Virus record (IMG/VR): IMGVR_UViG_3300017989_000062
Location: 85,483-149,482 of that record
Length of the DNA stretch: 64,000 nt
DNA from: a virus
Lineage: Duplodnaviria; Heunggongvirae; Uroviricota; Caudoviricetes
Reading direction: 5' to 3' (one strand)
The notes beneath the pieces were generated by a model, which made no database searches, was not told the origin of the DNA, and saw only the letters and a program-made list of their open reading frames with translations. Numbering within the stretch: the stretch's first letter is position 1; every line of letters starts with the position of its first letter. The translations under genes were made by a program, and so were the position numbers. This document shows positions 29,281 to 37,670 of the stretch, piece by piece.

Positions 29281-29845
29281 TTTTGACCCACCAACTAATG
29301 GACACCAATGGGTTATCAATCAAGGAGCACACCTGTTTGATAAACTTCTTATTGCAATCGGTATAAACCCAGAAAAGAAATCTTACTTTAGCCAGTTTGA
29401 ACGTTTGGCGATGATGAGTCAAATGGCTTCAATCTACCCAAACGTTCAAGCTGTGGTTTTAGGAAATGAGTATTTAGTTGACTTTGCAGCTTCACACAAA
29501 GCGAACTATATTCTTCGAGGGATTCGTTCTAGAACAGACTTTGCTTTTGAAAATACAATGAGACAATTTAATGGCGGGTTGAAACCATGGATAAACTCGG
29601 TGTTTCTTATCCCGCCTGCATCATTAATTAATGTAAGTTCTAGCACCATTAAAGGTTTAATCGGTCCCAAGGGTTGGCAAGAGGTTGTCAAAAAGTTCGT
29701 GCCAGAAAATGTGTTTGAAGCTATATCAAACAAACACAAGGAGAAAACAGATGTCTCAAAAGTCCGACCAATCAGTACCGACCCCCTCTTCTTCAGAGCT
29801 ACCAGACATTCAGGAGACGACACCAAAAATAAAAAGACCGATTAA
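29234..29845 (+). CDS. coaD: Phosphopantetheine adenylyltransferase (CoaD/PPAT family nucleotidyltransferase)
   Basis: 'RIAVYAGSFDPPTNGHQW' (GxFDPxTxGH) and 'ILRGIRSRTDFAFE...SVFLIPP...SSSTIKGL' are collinear with E. coli CoaD. The real C-terminus is probably near ...FEAISNK, and the ORF tail overlaps the next gene. Confidence 0.7.
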   Translation: MTDVKHKPRIAVYAGSFDPPTNGHQWVINQGAHLFDKLLIAIGINPEKKSYFSQFERLAMMSQMASIYPNVQAVVLGNEYLVDFAASHKANYILRGIRSRTDFAFENTMRQFNGGLKPWINSVFLIPPASLINVSSSTIKGLIGPKGWQEVVKKFVPENVFEAISNKHKEKTDVSKVRPISTDPLFFRATRHSGDDTKNKKTD

Positions 29846-30671
29846 ACAAGTGGGTGTTGAAAACGTTATGGTTCCTTTTGTATTGGAATCTAAATATGGT
29901 GGATTTAAATCAATGGTAGCAAACGTGTCAATGAGAACCAATCTTGATGCTGATACCAAGGGCATTTCAATGTCAAGATTGATTAGGACATTAAAGAAAT
30001 ATCTAGATCTCCCTCTCAAGAAAGAATTGATTAGGGGAATTCTTTTAGATCTGATGCATAATGTTGGGTCTACAAGAAGTTATATGAGTTTTGATTTTCA
30101 ATTACCGATTACAAGATCGTCTGCGCTGTCGGAAAATCATTTTCCAATCTTTCATAAAAGCAGATTTGAGGGACAGTTAATTCAACATGAATCTAAGGAC
30201 CCTGGTAAGGATGCATTAGAATTTCGATTCTTTCAAGGTGTTATAGTTCAATATGCAAGTTACTGTCCTTGTTCTGCGGAACTGTGTAAAGATCTCTTTG
30301 CGAAAGGAAGTGTTGGTTTTCCACATGCGCAGCGATCTTTTGCTCATATCATCACAGAAAAAGATATGATTCAAGAGAATAACTATGTATGGTTAGAGGA
30401 TATTGTGGAGTGTGTTGAGAGAGCAATTAAAACACTCCCATATCCAATAATCAAACGAGAAGACGAACAAGAGATTGCTCGTATAGCCGGAGAAAATCCT
30501 ATATTCGTTGAGGATGCGATTCGCTCTATAAGCGATCAATTAGACGCCCTGCCTGGTGTACGTGACTGGATAGTTAAGAGTATTCATGAGGAAAGTATTC
30601 ACACCTCAGAAGCGATAGCGGTCAATTACAAGGGTGTTGAGGGTGGTTTTGATTACCATTATTTCCTTTAG
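29751..30671 (+). CDS. folE2: GTP cyclohydrolase FolE2/MptA family (GCYH-IB)
   Basis: N-terminal 'DIQETTPKIKRPIKQVGVENVMVPF' resembles the FolE2 'DVQ...PI.QVGI' opening. 'YCPCSAELC' and C-terminal 'HEESIHTSEA' are present. AAGGAG RBS before MSQKSDQ. Confidence 0.6.
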   Translation: MSQKSDQSVPTPSSSELPDIQETTPKIKRPIKQVGVENVMVPFVLESKYGGFKSMVANVSMRTNLDADTKGISMSRLIRTLKKYLDLPLKKELIRGILLDLMHNVGSTRSYMSFDFQLPITRSSALSENHFPIFHKSRFEGQLIQHESKDPGKDALEFRFFQGVIVQYASYCPCSAELCKDLFAKGSVGFPHAQRSFAHIITEKDMIQENNYVWLEDIVECVERAIKTLPYPIIKREDEQEIARIAGENPIFVEDAIRSISDQLDALPGVRDWIVKSIHEESIHTSEAIAVNYKGVEGGFDYHYFL

Positions 30672-31024
30672 TGGGGGTGTTGTTTATGAACAGTTGCACG
30701 AAAGTTATGATAGGCTTTCTTGTATGGTTCGTTTTGACAATAATTTCCGCAAGAGCCTGGTCTGGTGAGATTCTACATACAGCTAATAAAGGAGTGCCTT
30801 ACAAAGTTCAAGAGAAGGGTTGGAATTCTCGTTCCTTTGGTATTGTGTATTGTGGGTTGATAAATGTAGGTCGATATTCAGTTGCCGGCACAAGTCGTAG
30901 CGCTGTTAATCTTTACTGGGCAACAACAGATAAACTCATATATGTAGATTATGAACAACTAGAAGTTGTACATGTGACTGATTGGTGCATCCAGTTTAAA
31001 ATCAGGAGCGGTAATTATGAATAA
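30671..31024 (+). CDS. Small protein with an N-terminal signal/TM segment
   Basis: 'MIGFLVWFVLTIISARAWSG' hydrophobic segment. Confidence 0.4.
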   Translation: MGVLFMNSCTKVMIGFLVWFVLTIISARAWSGEILHTANKGVPYKVQEKGWNSRSFGIVYCGLINVGRYSVAGTSRSAVNLYWATTDKLIYVDYEQLEVVHVTDWCIQFKIRSGNYE

Positions 31025-31214
31025 AGTAATGAGATTCGGTCTTATTTTAATGATTGCTTCAATACCTCTAGTGATCTTTGGAGTTGAATATGACCAGTCT
31101 TGGTTGAGAATATTCTCAGGATTTATTGGAGGTGTTGGAGCCAGTCTGTTCTTTACTGGGAACTTTAAGACTAAGATAAACTGGCGAGAATTTTGGAGGA
31201 AGTGGGGATTTTAA
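31017..31214 (+). CDS. Small two-TM membrane protein
   Basis: Two hydrophobic helices in 65 aa. Confidence 0.4.
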   Translation: MNKVMRFGLILMIASIPLVIFGVEYDQSWLRIFSGFIGGVGASLFFTGNFKTKINWREFWRKWGF

Positions 31215-31522
31215 TGACATTAACTAGAGAGGATATTGTTAAGAGTAAAATGGATCTACTTACTCATGCAGACTTGATTTTATGTTTCATACAAGGCAAG
31301 ATGACAATTTATAAAAGTCGATATACACATCCGGATGATGGTTTGACTATTATGGACGCAATAAAAACATTCGCTATAATGCTCAGACCAAATTCTGGTA
31401 TTGATGTATTTGATGATTTTGCTAGGGAGGAAATCGAAGAGGCAGTCACAAAAATACTATATCGTCATTCTGTGGGAGGTGACCATGCAAATAAGTTACA
31501 ACGGATTCATGAATCTGGTTAA
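31214..31522 (+). CDS. Hypothetical protein
   Basis: ORF; RBS before MTLTRED. Confidence 0.35.
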   Translation: MTLTREDIVKSKMDLLTHADLILCFIQGKMTIYKSRYTHPDDGLTIMDAIKTFAIMLRPNSGIDVFDDFAREEIEEAVTKILYRHSVGGDHANKLQRIHESG

Positions 31523-31811
31523 TGAATATTCAATGATCGTTGGATTCAATCGTGGTCGTGCAGCAATTCTCAAGATGCCTTGGAATGATCCAAACGCGGA
31601 CACAGTTGCAGAATTATCAGATGACGAAAGGATTTGGTTATTGATCCATCTCATAAGACCAGATCTCTACATTGAGCATTTTGATGTTGCTGCTCGGGTT
31701 GAACTAAAAGAAAGTATTGTGGAAATTTTAGAGAAACATCGCCCAAGCGGGGAGGTGATTAATGCGTCAGGACATTCTAAGATTAGAGAATTATGGGATC
31801 ACCCCAAATGA
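31485..31811 (+). CDS. Hypothetical protein
   Basis: GGGAGG RBS before MQISYNG. Confidence 0.35.
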   Translation: MQISYNGFMNLVNEYSMIVGFNRGRAAILKMPWNDPNADTVAELSDDERIWLLIHLIRPDLYIEHFDVAARVELKESIVEILEKHRPSGEVINASGHSKIRELWDHPK

Positions 31812-32157
31812 AAGAGTACCAGACATTGCCAGAAGTCATGGAAATATGGGAAGACCAAGACATAACTATGAGTATGAATATGAGTATGAATTTGTAAATC
31901 CTAACAGCAAGAGACTTAGTTTAGAAAGGGGGGATGTTTTTAGATTTAGTTCTTCTGTAAGACCAGAGTATGCCAGAAACCAAATGGGAATGATTATTGA
32001 TCGATACCGGAAAGTCAAACATAAGGGTATTAAATATATTGACTACTGTGCAGTTGTGATGGTAATAACTGGTCCACAGAAGGGCAGGGTTTTTAGATTT
32101 TCAATGAATCACGCAGGACAACTAGACAAAACGATAGGAGGACAAATCGATGACTGA
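31762..32157 (+). CDS. Hypothetical protein (contains a YEYEYEF stretch)
   Basis: GGGGAGG RBS before MRQDIL. Confidence 0.35.
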   Translation: MRQDILRLENYGITPNERVPDIARSHGNMGRPRHNYEYEYEYEFVNPNSKRLSLERGDVFRFSSSVRPEYARNQMGMIIDRYRKVKHKGIKYIDYCAVVMVITGPQKGRVFRFSMNHAGQLDKTIGGQIDD

Positions 32158-33295
32158 AAGGAAACATGTCGCAAAAACGTTGAAGAATGTATTGGATCAC
32201 CCCGTAATGAAAAGTGTTTTGGACAAAACAGAAGATCCAATGTTGGCTGTGGAGCAGGTCACGAAGTGGTGGGGTTTTGATCTCTACAGTCGTAAACCAG
32301 GTGCAGCACTCCGTGATGGAGTATTTGTCGGGACCGATCTTGATCTCGCCTGCTTTCTCAGTGCCATTGCTGACAGAGGCGCCGTGATCAATATTCCAAA
32401 TTACAAATCCATGCGCCCCAAGACGATCAAGGAAGGAGAAAGGGTTGTATCCAAGTCCAACAGACACGGACCTGTTGTGAATCTGGTCTCCAATAAGGAT
32501 GTCTTCTCATTCTCAATCCGGATCATGGATCACAACGTCATCACAACTGACAAAGTTGGTGATTACCGGACCTACTCCCTGACCGATCCTTCTGGTGAAT
32601 GGTATGACGGATGGAGTTGTATTCAATGGGACCCGAGCGCGAAGGAGAATGCTTTTCTCCGAGAGAACAGTCTCTGGACTGGCAACCGAGTCGTATTTAA
32701 GAACTTTGTGCATCCCAACCGATGGACCAGTTTCTACGGCCAGCATTATTTTATCACCAAGGCTCTGATTCAGCGCCTGACTGACGAAGCAAAGTTCTAC
32801 GGTCTGGAGATAAAAAGACTTCAGGAAGCCGGTGCACGTTTTCCTGAGTCTGGTGATGGCGCAAAGAAAGTATGGCCGAAATCTTCCAAGGACGCCGGCA
32901 AGTCTGTCAAGTTCCGATCTCTTGAGGTTGAGATTGACATTCCTGAGTATACCGGTGAGTGGCAACAGTGTGATGTTTCACAAACGAATTTGATTGACCT
33001 GGATGAAAGGCGTCGACAGATCAATAGTACGATCATTCCCAATCTACGTTTTGCTACCAGGTGTACAGAGCTCGCCTTCTTTAAACATGCGATGAACGAC
33101 GAGTTACACAGGATGCCAGCATGGTTGGCAGGCGGAACAAAATGGCAAAAAAATTATGTCCCAAAAGGGAAAAGGACCAAATGGGAGAGATTAGTCCTTT
33201 TTCAGCCTTCTGTGGGTGAAAGAGCTGTCGCTATCAGAATGAGGGTAAAGGAAAAGTCTGAGATTATGGCGATGAATTATCGTGGTGGTGTATGA
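32150..33295 (+). CDS. Hypothetical protein (381 aa)
   Basis: AGGAGG RBS; no recognisable motif. Confidence 0.45.
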   Translation: MTERKHVAKTLKNVLDHPVMKSVLDKTEDPMLAVEQVTKWWGFDLYSRKPGAALRDGVFVGTDLDLACFLSAIADRGAVINIPNYKSMRPKTIKEGERVVSKSNRHGPVVNLVSNKDVFSFSIRIMDHNVITTDKVGDYRTYSLTDPSGEWYDGWSCIQWDPSAKENAFLRENSLWTGNRVVFKNFVHPNRWTSFYGQHYFITKALIQRLTDEAKFYGLEIKRLQEAGARFPESGDGAKKVWPKSSKDAGKSVKFRSLEVEIDIPEYTGEWQQCDVSQTNLIDLDERRRQINSTIIPNLRFATRCTELAFFKHAMNDELHRMPAWLAGGTKWQKNYVPKGKRTKWERLVLFQPSVGERAVAIRMRVKEKSEIMAMNYRGGV

Positions 33296-33816
33296 TTCGA
33301 TACACCTGTTCAGTTTGTGGGAAGTCTTTTGAAAACAAATATGCTTACTGGGGTCATAAGACTTCCCATGTTTTAAAAGAGTGTCCAAAATGTGGTCGAA
33401 CAATTCGAGCTTCTACAATGAAACTACACCTAAAATACTGCGGTAAGCGAATTGTAGGATCTAGAGGAGATGTCATAATCTCAGATCAAAACGGAAATCG
33501 GGTTCTTGAACACACTCTTGTGGCTGAAGAAATACTAGGGCGAAAGTTACTGCCCGAGGAAGTTGTTCATCATAAAGATGGAAACCACCAAAACAATTCT
33601 AGGTTGAATTTAGAAATTACGACACAAGATAGACACGCTAAGAACCACGCCTTAGCTGGCCAATGTAATCGAAAGATGACAGAACAACAAGTTAGAGAAA
33701 TTCGTAAGTTACTAAATCGTGGACATTCAGCCAGCTCTGTGGCAAGGCAGTATGGAGTTCGTTCAACTACAATTGATAACATTAAACATAACAGATCGTG
33801 GAGATGGTTAGAATAG
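33292..33816 (+). CDS. HNH endonuclease with N-terminal zinc fingers and a C-terminal HTH
   Basis: 'CSVCGK...HKTSH' and 'CPKCGR...HLKYCGK' zinc fingers. 'VVHHKDGNHQNNSRLNLEITTQDRHAKNH' is an HNH motif. C-terminal 'REIRKLLNRGHSASSVARQYGV' is HTH-like. Confidence 0.6.
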   Translation: MIRYTCSVCGKSFENKYAYWGHKTSHVLKECPKCGRTIRASTMKLHLKYCGKRIVGSRGDVIISDQNGNRVLEHTLVAEEILGRKLLPEEVVHHKDGNHQNNSRLNLEITTQDRHAKNHALAGQCNRKMTEQQVREIRKLLNRGHSASSVARQYGVRSTTIDNIKHNRSWRWLE

Positions 33817-33830
33817 GAGGAATCTAACGA

Positions 33831-34199
33831 ATGGACAAACAAACCCTCATTGACCTTTACGTCAAAGAGAGAAAGTATCAAGAAACAGTGTTCGGAGATT
33901 ACAAAAACGACCCTGATTTAAGTCTCGCAAGCTTTCTATTGTTTATAGAAGAGTATGTTCTAAAGGCAAAAAGAAAGTTTGTCCAAAAGTGGGATAAAGA
34001 TCTTCCTATCTGGATGTCAGGGTGTAAAGAGTCAACTGGGGGTAAGGCAGCACCAGTAGGAGCATATGAAGATCTGATAAAGGTTTTCGCTCTTACTGGC
34101 GCTGCCCTTGAAGCTTATCTTGACGTGGAGCCTGAACGTTGGCGAGAAGATGGTATTAATCCAAAATGGTTAGAGCAGGAGGAAGCACAAGATGGATGA
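33831..34199 (+). CDS. Hypothetical protein
   Basis: ORF. Confidence 0.35.
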   Translation: MDKQTLIDLYVKERKYQETVFGDYKNDPDLSLASFLLFIEEYVLKAKRKFVQKWDKDLPIWMSGCKESTGGKAAPVGAYEDLIKVFALTGAALEAYLDVEPERWREDGINPKWLEQEEAQDG

Positions 34200-34443
34200 T
34201 AAAAAAACAAAAGAAGTATCTGTATCAAAAGACAAAGATATCTATCACAAGTTACCGTTGACTGCCACAGGTGATTTAACGGTTTCAAAAACACCAATCC
34301 CGAAAGGAGAAGCAGTTAACGCTAAAACTGGTCTTCCGCCTGTTGGAACAAGGTTTATGATCGCTGGTAAATCCTTCGAGGTTGTATATCTTAACGAAGG
34401 TAAGGGACGGTTTACAGCCAAACCAATCAAGGGGCAGTATTAG
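34192..34443 (+). CDS. Hypothetical small protein
   Basis: ORF. Confidence 0.3.
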   Translation: MDDKKTKEVSVSKDKDIYHKLPLTATGDLTVSKTPIPKGEAVNAKTGLPPVGTRFMIAGKSFEVVYLNEGKGRFTAKPIKGQY

Positions 34444-34507
34444 AAACTTTCTTACTTTCTCCGAACATATTTAAAATAGAAACTTTTATGAAAGGAGATT
34501 GAAGTTT

Positions 34508-35248
34508 ATGAACGATAATCTAACTTCAATGATCGATCAGGCTGATCAACACTCTACTGATTTGCCAACAGAAACTGACTTGATGGTAGAGGATTCATCA
34601 ACTGTTTCTCAGCCTGCTTTAGAACGTTTCGATATTGGAGTCGCAGCATTTCCTGACTGGTTTGATGAAAACCATGTAAGATTTGCAGACATCGGGCACG
34701 TCCGTGCTTCGATTGCAGATGTAGATCCTCGTCAAGATCTGATTTTCAAGATTCCAGATCCGAAAGGGGAAACATTCGAGGATGGAAGACTGAAAAAGCG
34801 ACTTCGATTATTTGAAGATGCGAACAAGATTCCAGTGTTGAATTTGCCTGGGTCTGATATGACTGTTTACAAGAATAACAGTTTCCGAATTGTATATGAT
34901 CTTGGTGACGGCAAATTCATCAAGAGTTACGGTGTTAAGACAGGATTGATCAATGTGTTTTGTGTTTTGATTAACAATGTTTTGATTCCGTACGCCAAAG
35001 AGAAAATGAAACGAAAGAATGATGGCATTAATATTATTGAACCTAACCTAACACGAATTAATTCAAAGTTGGCTGAACAAGTTGATACAGAAGCTCTTCA
35101 GTTACATTACAAACAAATCACGAAGAGTATTGCTGAAATTTCGACTGCGCAGTCGGCTGTGAATTGGTTTCAGACCAAGGTCGGTGATGTGCAAGATGTC
35201 AATCATCTTCTACAAATTGATGACGTTATCATCATGCTTGTGAACTAG
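34508..35248 (+). CDS. Hypothetical protein
   Basis: AAAGGAG RBS before ATG (MNDNLTS). Confidence 0.45.
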   Translation: MNDNLTSMIDQADQHSTDLPTETDLMVEDSSTVSQPALERFDIGVAAFPDWFDENHVRFADIGHVRASIADVDPRQDLIFKIPDPKGETFEDGRLKKRLRLFEDANKIPVLNLPGSDMTVYKNNSFRIVYDLGDGKFIKSYGVKTGLINVFCVLINNVLIPYAKEKMKRKNDGINIIEPNLTRINSKLAEQVDTEALQLHYKQITKSIAEISTAQSAVNWFQTKVGDVQDVNHLLQIDDVIIMLVN

Positions 35249-35261
35249 GGAGGAACACGAA

Positions 35262-36032
35262 ATGGCGAATGACAAGAAGGGTGGTCTGCTCCATGAAGTA
35301 TTGGCTGTGGTTGGTAGTCTCCAAGGTGCGAAGGATAAAATCGCTGCTGAGACTGTTGTGACGTTTACTAAGAAACCAACACATTTTACCGGCCATCATC
35401 GAGAATTGAGAATGCTTGATGAAGCCCGAAAGAGTGAAGGCGGTGTCGACCAGCATGTTGAGATGGTCACAACGGTCATGGAAAAACTCAACTATATGAC
35501 CGGCGCCTTTATCAAATTCTGGGATGCCAAGTTTCAAAAAGAACTAGGTGCACAGGAAGCGAAAGCAGACATTGAGGTGGATGGTGTAGTTTTGGTTCAG
35601 GGTGTTCCAGTGTATTTTCTCCTTGAGATGGAGAAGGAACTCGGTGCCTTGAGATCAATCTATGAATCCATTCCAACTCTTGCGCCTGGTGCTAAATGGG
35701 ATCGAGCTCCTGACAGAGGAGATGGTGTGTGGGAATCCATGCATGTGGTTGAAGATGACAAAACGGAAAAGGTGTTCAAAAGTAATGTTATCGTTCCGGC
35801 TACCGACCATCATCCAGCTCAGATTCGGGAGTGGACTGAGAATGTGGTGGTAGGAAAATATGCCCTTGATCGATGGAGTGGCTGTCTTAGTCCTGCTGAG
35901 AAGTCAGTCATTATCGGAAGAGTGGACAAACTACGACGTGCCGTGAAGCGTGCTCGACAGAGAGCAAACACCCAGGAAGTTCCGAAGGCAAAAATGGGTA
36001 AAGCTCTTTTCGAATACATTCACACAACATAA
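35262..36032 (+). CDS. Hypothetical protein
   Basis: GGGAGG RBS before MANDKKGG. Confidence 0.45.
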   Translation: MANDKKGGLLHEVLAVVGSLQGAKDKIAAETVVTFTKKPTHFTGHHRELRMLDEARKSEGGVDQHVEMVTTVMEKLNYMTGAFIKFWDAKFQKELGAQEAKADIEVDGVVLVQGVPVYFLLEMEKELGALRSIYESIPTLAPGAKWDRAPDRGDGVWESMHVVEDDKTEKVFKSNVIVPATDHHPAQIREWTENVVVGKYALDRWSGCLSPAEKSVIIGRVDKLRRAVKRARQRANTQEVPKAKMGKALFEYIHTT

Positions 36033-36044
36033 GATCTGGTTAAG

Positions 36045-36062
36045 CTTATACTTATACTTATA
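36045..36062. repeat. Tandem hexamer (CTTATA)x3
   Basis: 'cttatacttatacttata' lies directly after the stop of the upstream gene. Confidence 0.6.
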
Positions 36063-36227
36063 CTTGCTTGGTCGAAGACAATATGTCCCGTAGAAGCCGG
36101 CTCTATAAATGAATAAGACCGGTGGAGGGAATCATCTTTGGCCGCTTCATACTCGACCTTATTGACCAGACAAGCTCATACTCGTAGAACATATTTACTA
36201 CTTGGTAATTAACTCGAATTCTATCTC

Positions 36228-36334
36228 AGGTCGAAGGTTCAAATCCTTCCTGGGCGTCCATAATGTAATTTCATTAGAAGTTATATTATGACCGCCCAGT
36301 AGCTCAGTGGAAGAGCAGAGTAGGTGTCATACTG
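36228..36334 (+). ncRNA. tRNA-like element in permuted order (3' half upstream of 5' half)
   Basis: 36228-36260 reads AGGTC + T-arm GAAGG-TTCAAAT-CCTTC + acceptor 3' strand CTGGGCG + T + CCA. 36293-36334 reads acceptor 5' strand CGCCCAG, which has 7/7 complementarity to the upstream 3' strand, followed by TA, D-arm GCTC-AGTGGAA-GAGC and a possible anticodon-arm-like hairpin. The two pieces are separated by a 32-nt spacer. Confidence 0.35.
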
Positions 36335-36421
36335 AAGTTAATTGCTCGAGGAAAGATATGGGTCTAAACTTTCTATAGATGTTGTTACTAACAATAACAA
36401 TAATATGATAAAGTAGACTTG

Positions 36422-36454
36422 GGGGAGATGTGGCAGGATAGTCTACATCTCCCC
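36422..36454 (+). other. Perfect 10-bp GC-rich hairpin (GGGGAGATGT / ACATCTCCCC) with a 13-nt loop
   Basis: Read directly from the sequence. Confidence 0.6.
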
Positions 36455-36477
36455 TTACTTATTAATAATAAACTAAC

Positions 36478-36508
36478 GGGGGTAGAAGAAATATATTCTT
36501 CTACCCCC
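36478..36508 (+). other. Perfect 13-bp hairpin (GGGGGTAGAAGAA / TTCTTCTACCCCC) with an ATATA loop
   Basis: Read directly. No U-tract follows; it lies 18 nt upstream of the next gene's RBS. Confidence 0.6.
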
Positions 36509-36525
36509 AACATCCGTCGGAGGGT

Positions 36526-36960
36526 GTGATGGGAATACCAAAGGAATGGTTGAAGGAGTTCGAAGATGAAGAAAATTGCCGATACTTTTATATTGTCGGT
36601 GTGAGAATGCGAATGAACAGACAAATGGAACCCGAGTATAATTGTGATTTCGTGATTGGATATAACACAAAAGATATCATGAGAACAGAGTTAGCTCAAA
36701 TGATGTCTGCAAACAAACTTTGTCCTACATCAAGAAAGGACGCCGTAGAGGCTGTTGATTTAAGTAATCTAAACGCAACATTAAACGCCGTAAGCTTAAG
36801 AGTTAGATTCAATCCGGAAATCACAGTGCATAAATTTCACTCTGATTTTCCAATCGAAGAAGAATGGTTTGATATGTATATCAAATCCGCAAGTGTTTGT
36901 AAGGACGTGAAGCAAAAACTAATTGAATCAAAAATGAAAATATCTGGAGGACAAATATGA
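36526..36960 (+). CDS. Hypothetical protein
   Basis: GGAGGG RBS. Confidence 0.45.
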   Translation: MMGIPKEWLKEFEDEENCRYFYIVGVRMRMNRQMEPEYNCDFVIGYNTKDIMRTELAQMMSANKLCPTSRKDAVEAVDLSNLNATLNAVSLRVRFNPEITVHKFHSDFPIEEEWFDMYIKSASVCKDVKQKLIESKMKISGGQI

Positions 36961-37667
36961 AAACATTAGTAGGTTTGTTGGGGATCGTTTTATGTTGCTT
37001 GGTGTTGACTGCATGTGATGACTACTCAGAAGGTGATATGACCGCTGGTAACACATGGCCACTTATGACTGTTCAAGAAATGCAATATTACAATGCAGTT
37101 CAATCTGTGTGGGGTCAAAGTTATTTGGCAAATTTGAGATCAGCAATCCGCAATCGAACAGACAAACCAAAAGAGGACGAAATTCCATTTATCGATCTTG
37201 GACCTATTATCAAAACAACAGAAGAAATTGAAATGGTTACCAAAGATAATTGGAAGAGTGATCATATAAAGAAGGCAAACAACGCTCGGTTTAGTACTAT
37301 AGATCCTCAGTGGTATAAGTTGATTACAAAGTCAGAACCGCCTGTTTATCCAGATCCAGTGGAGGAAGAGGAATCTCTGGAGAGGGATACGGGAGACGAT
37401 GAAATAAAGAATTCCCGGATTCAGATGCCTAGGAAAGCATCTTATGAATCCCAGAACAAAAGACAAATGGATCTAACTGACTTTGTTTCTGCTGATGTCT
37501 ATGATGATATTAAGTTTGATATAAGGAGTTGCCCAGAAGCAAAAACCTTCTTTAATCAAATTGTTCTTAATGAAGGACGGCCACTTACAGTGGAAGATTG
37601 CAGAATAATCAGGCAGCATGTGTTATTATGTAAAGCAAAAGAAATAAGTGAATCTATGAAGGAATAG
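36957..37667 (+). CDS. Lipoprotein (signal peptide plus lipobox)
   Basis: 'MKTLVGLLGIVLCCLVLTAC|DD' with the L-T-A-C lipobox. Confidence 0.55.
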   Translation: MKTLVGLLGIVLCCLVLTACDDYSEGDMTAGNTWPLMTVQEMQYYNAVQSVWGQSYLANLRSAIRNRTDKPKEDEIPFIDLGPIIKTTEEIEMVTKDNWKSDHIKKANNARFSTIDPQWYKLITKSEPPVYPDPVEEEESLERDTGDDEIKNSRIQMPRKASYESQNKRQMDLTDFVSADVYDDIKFDIRSCPEAKTFFNQIVLNEGRPLTVEDCRIIRQHVLLCKAKEISESMKE

Positions 37668-37670
37668 GTA

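Noticed and set aside
36228-36520. Two-piece (permuted) tmRNA interpretation of the tRNA-like halves
   Set aside because: The gene order, with the acceptor and T-arm piece upstream and the 5' acceptor piece downstream, fits permuted ssrA. Against it, acceptor pair 3:70 is C:G rather than the G:U required for alanylation, the downstream piece has a true D-arm, and no tag-like ORF ending in a hydrophobic LAA-type stop was found downstream.
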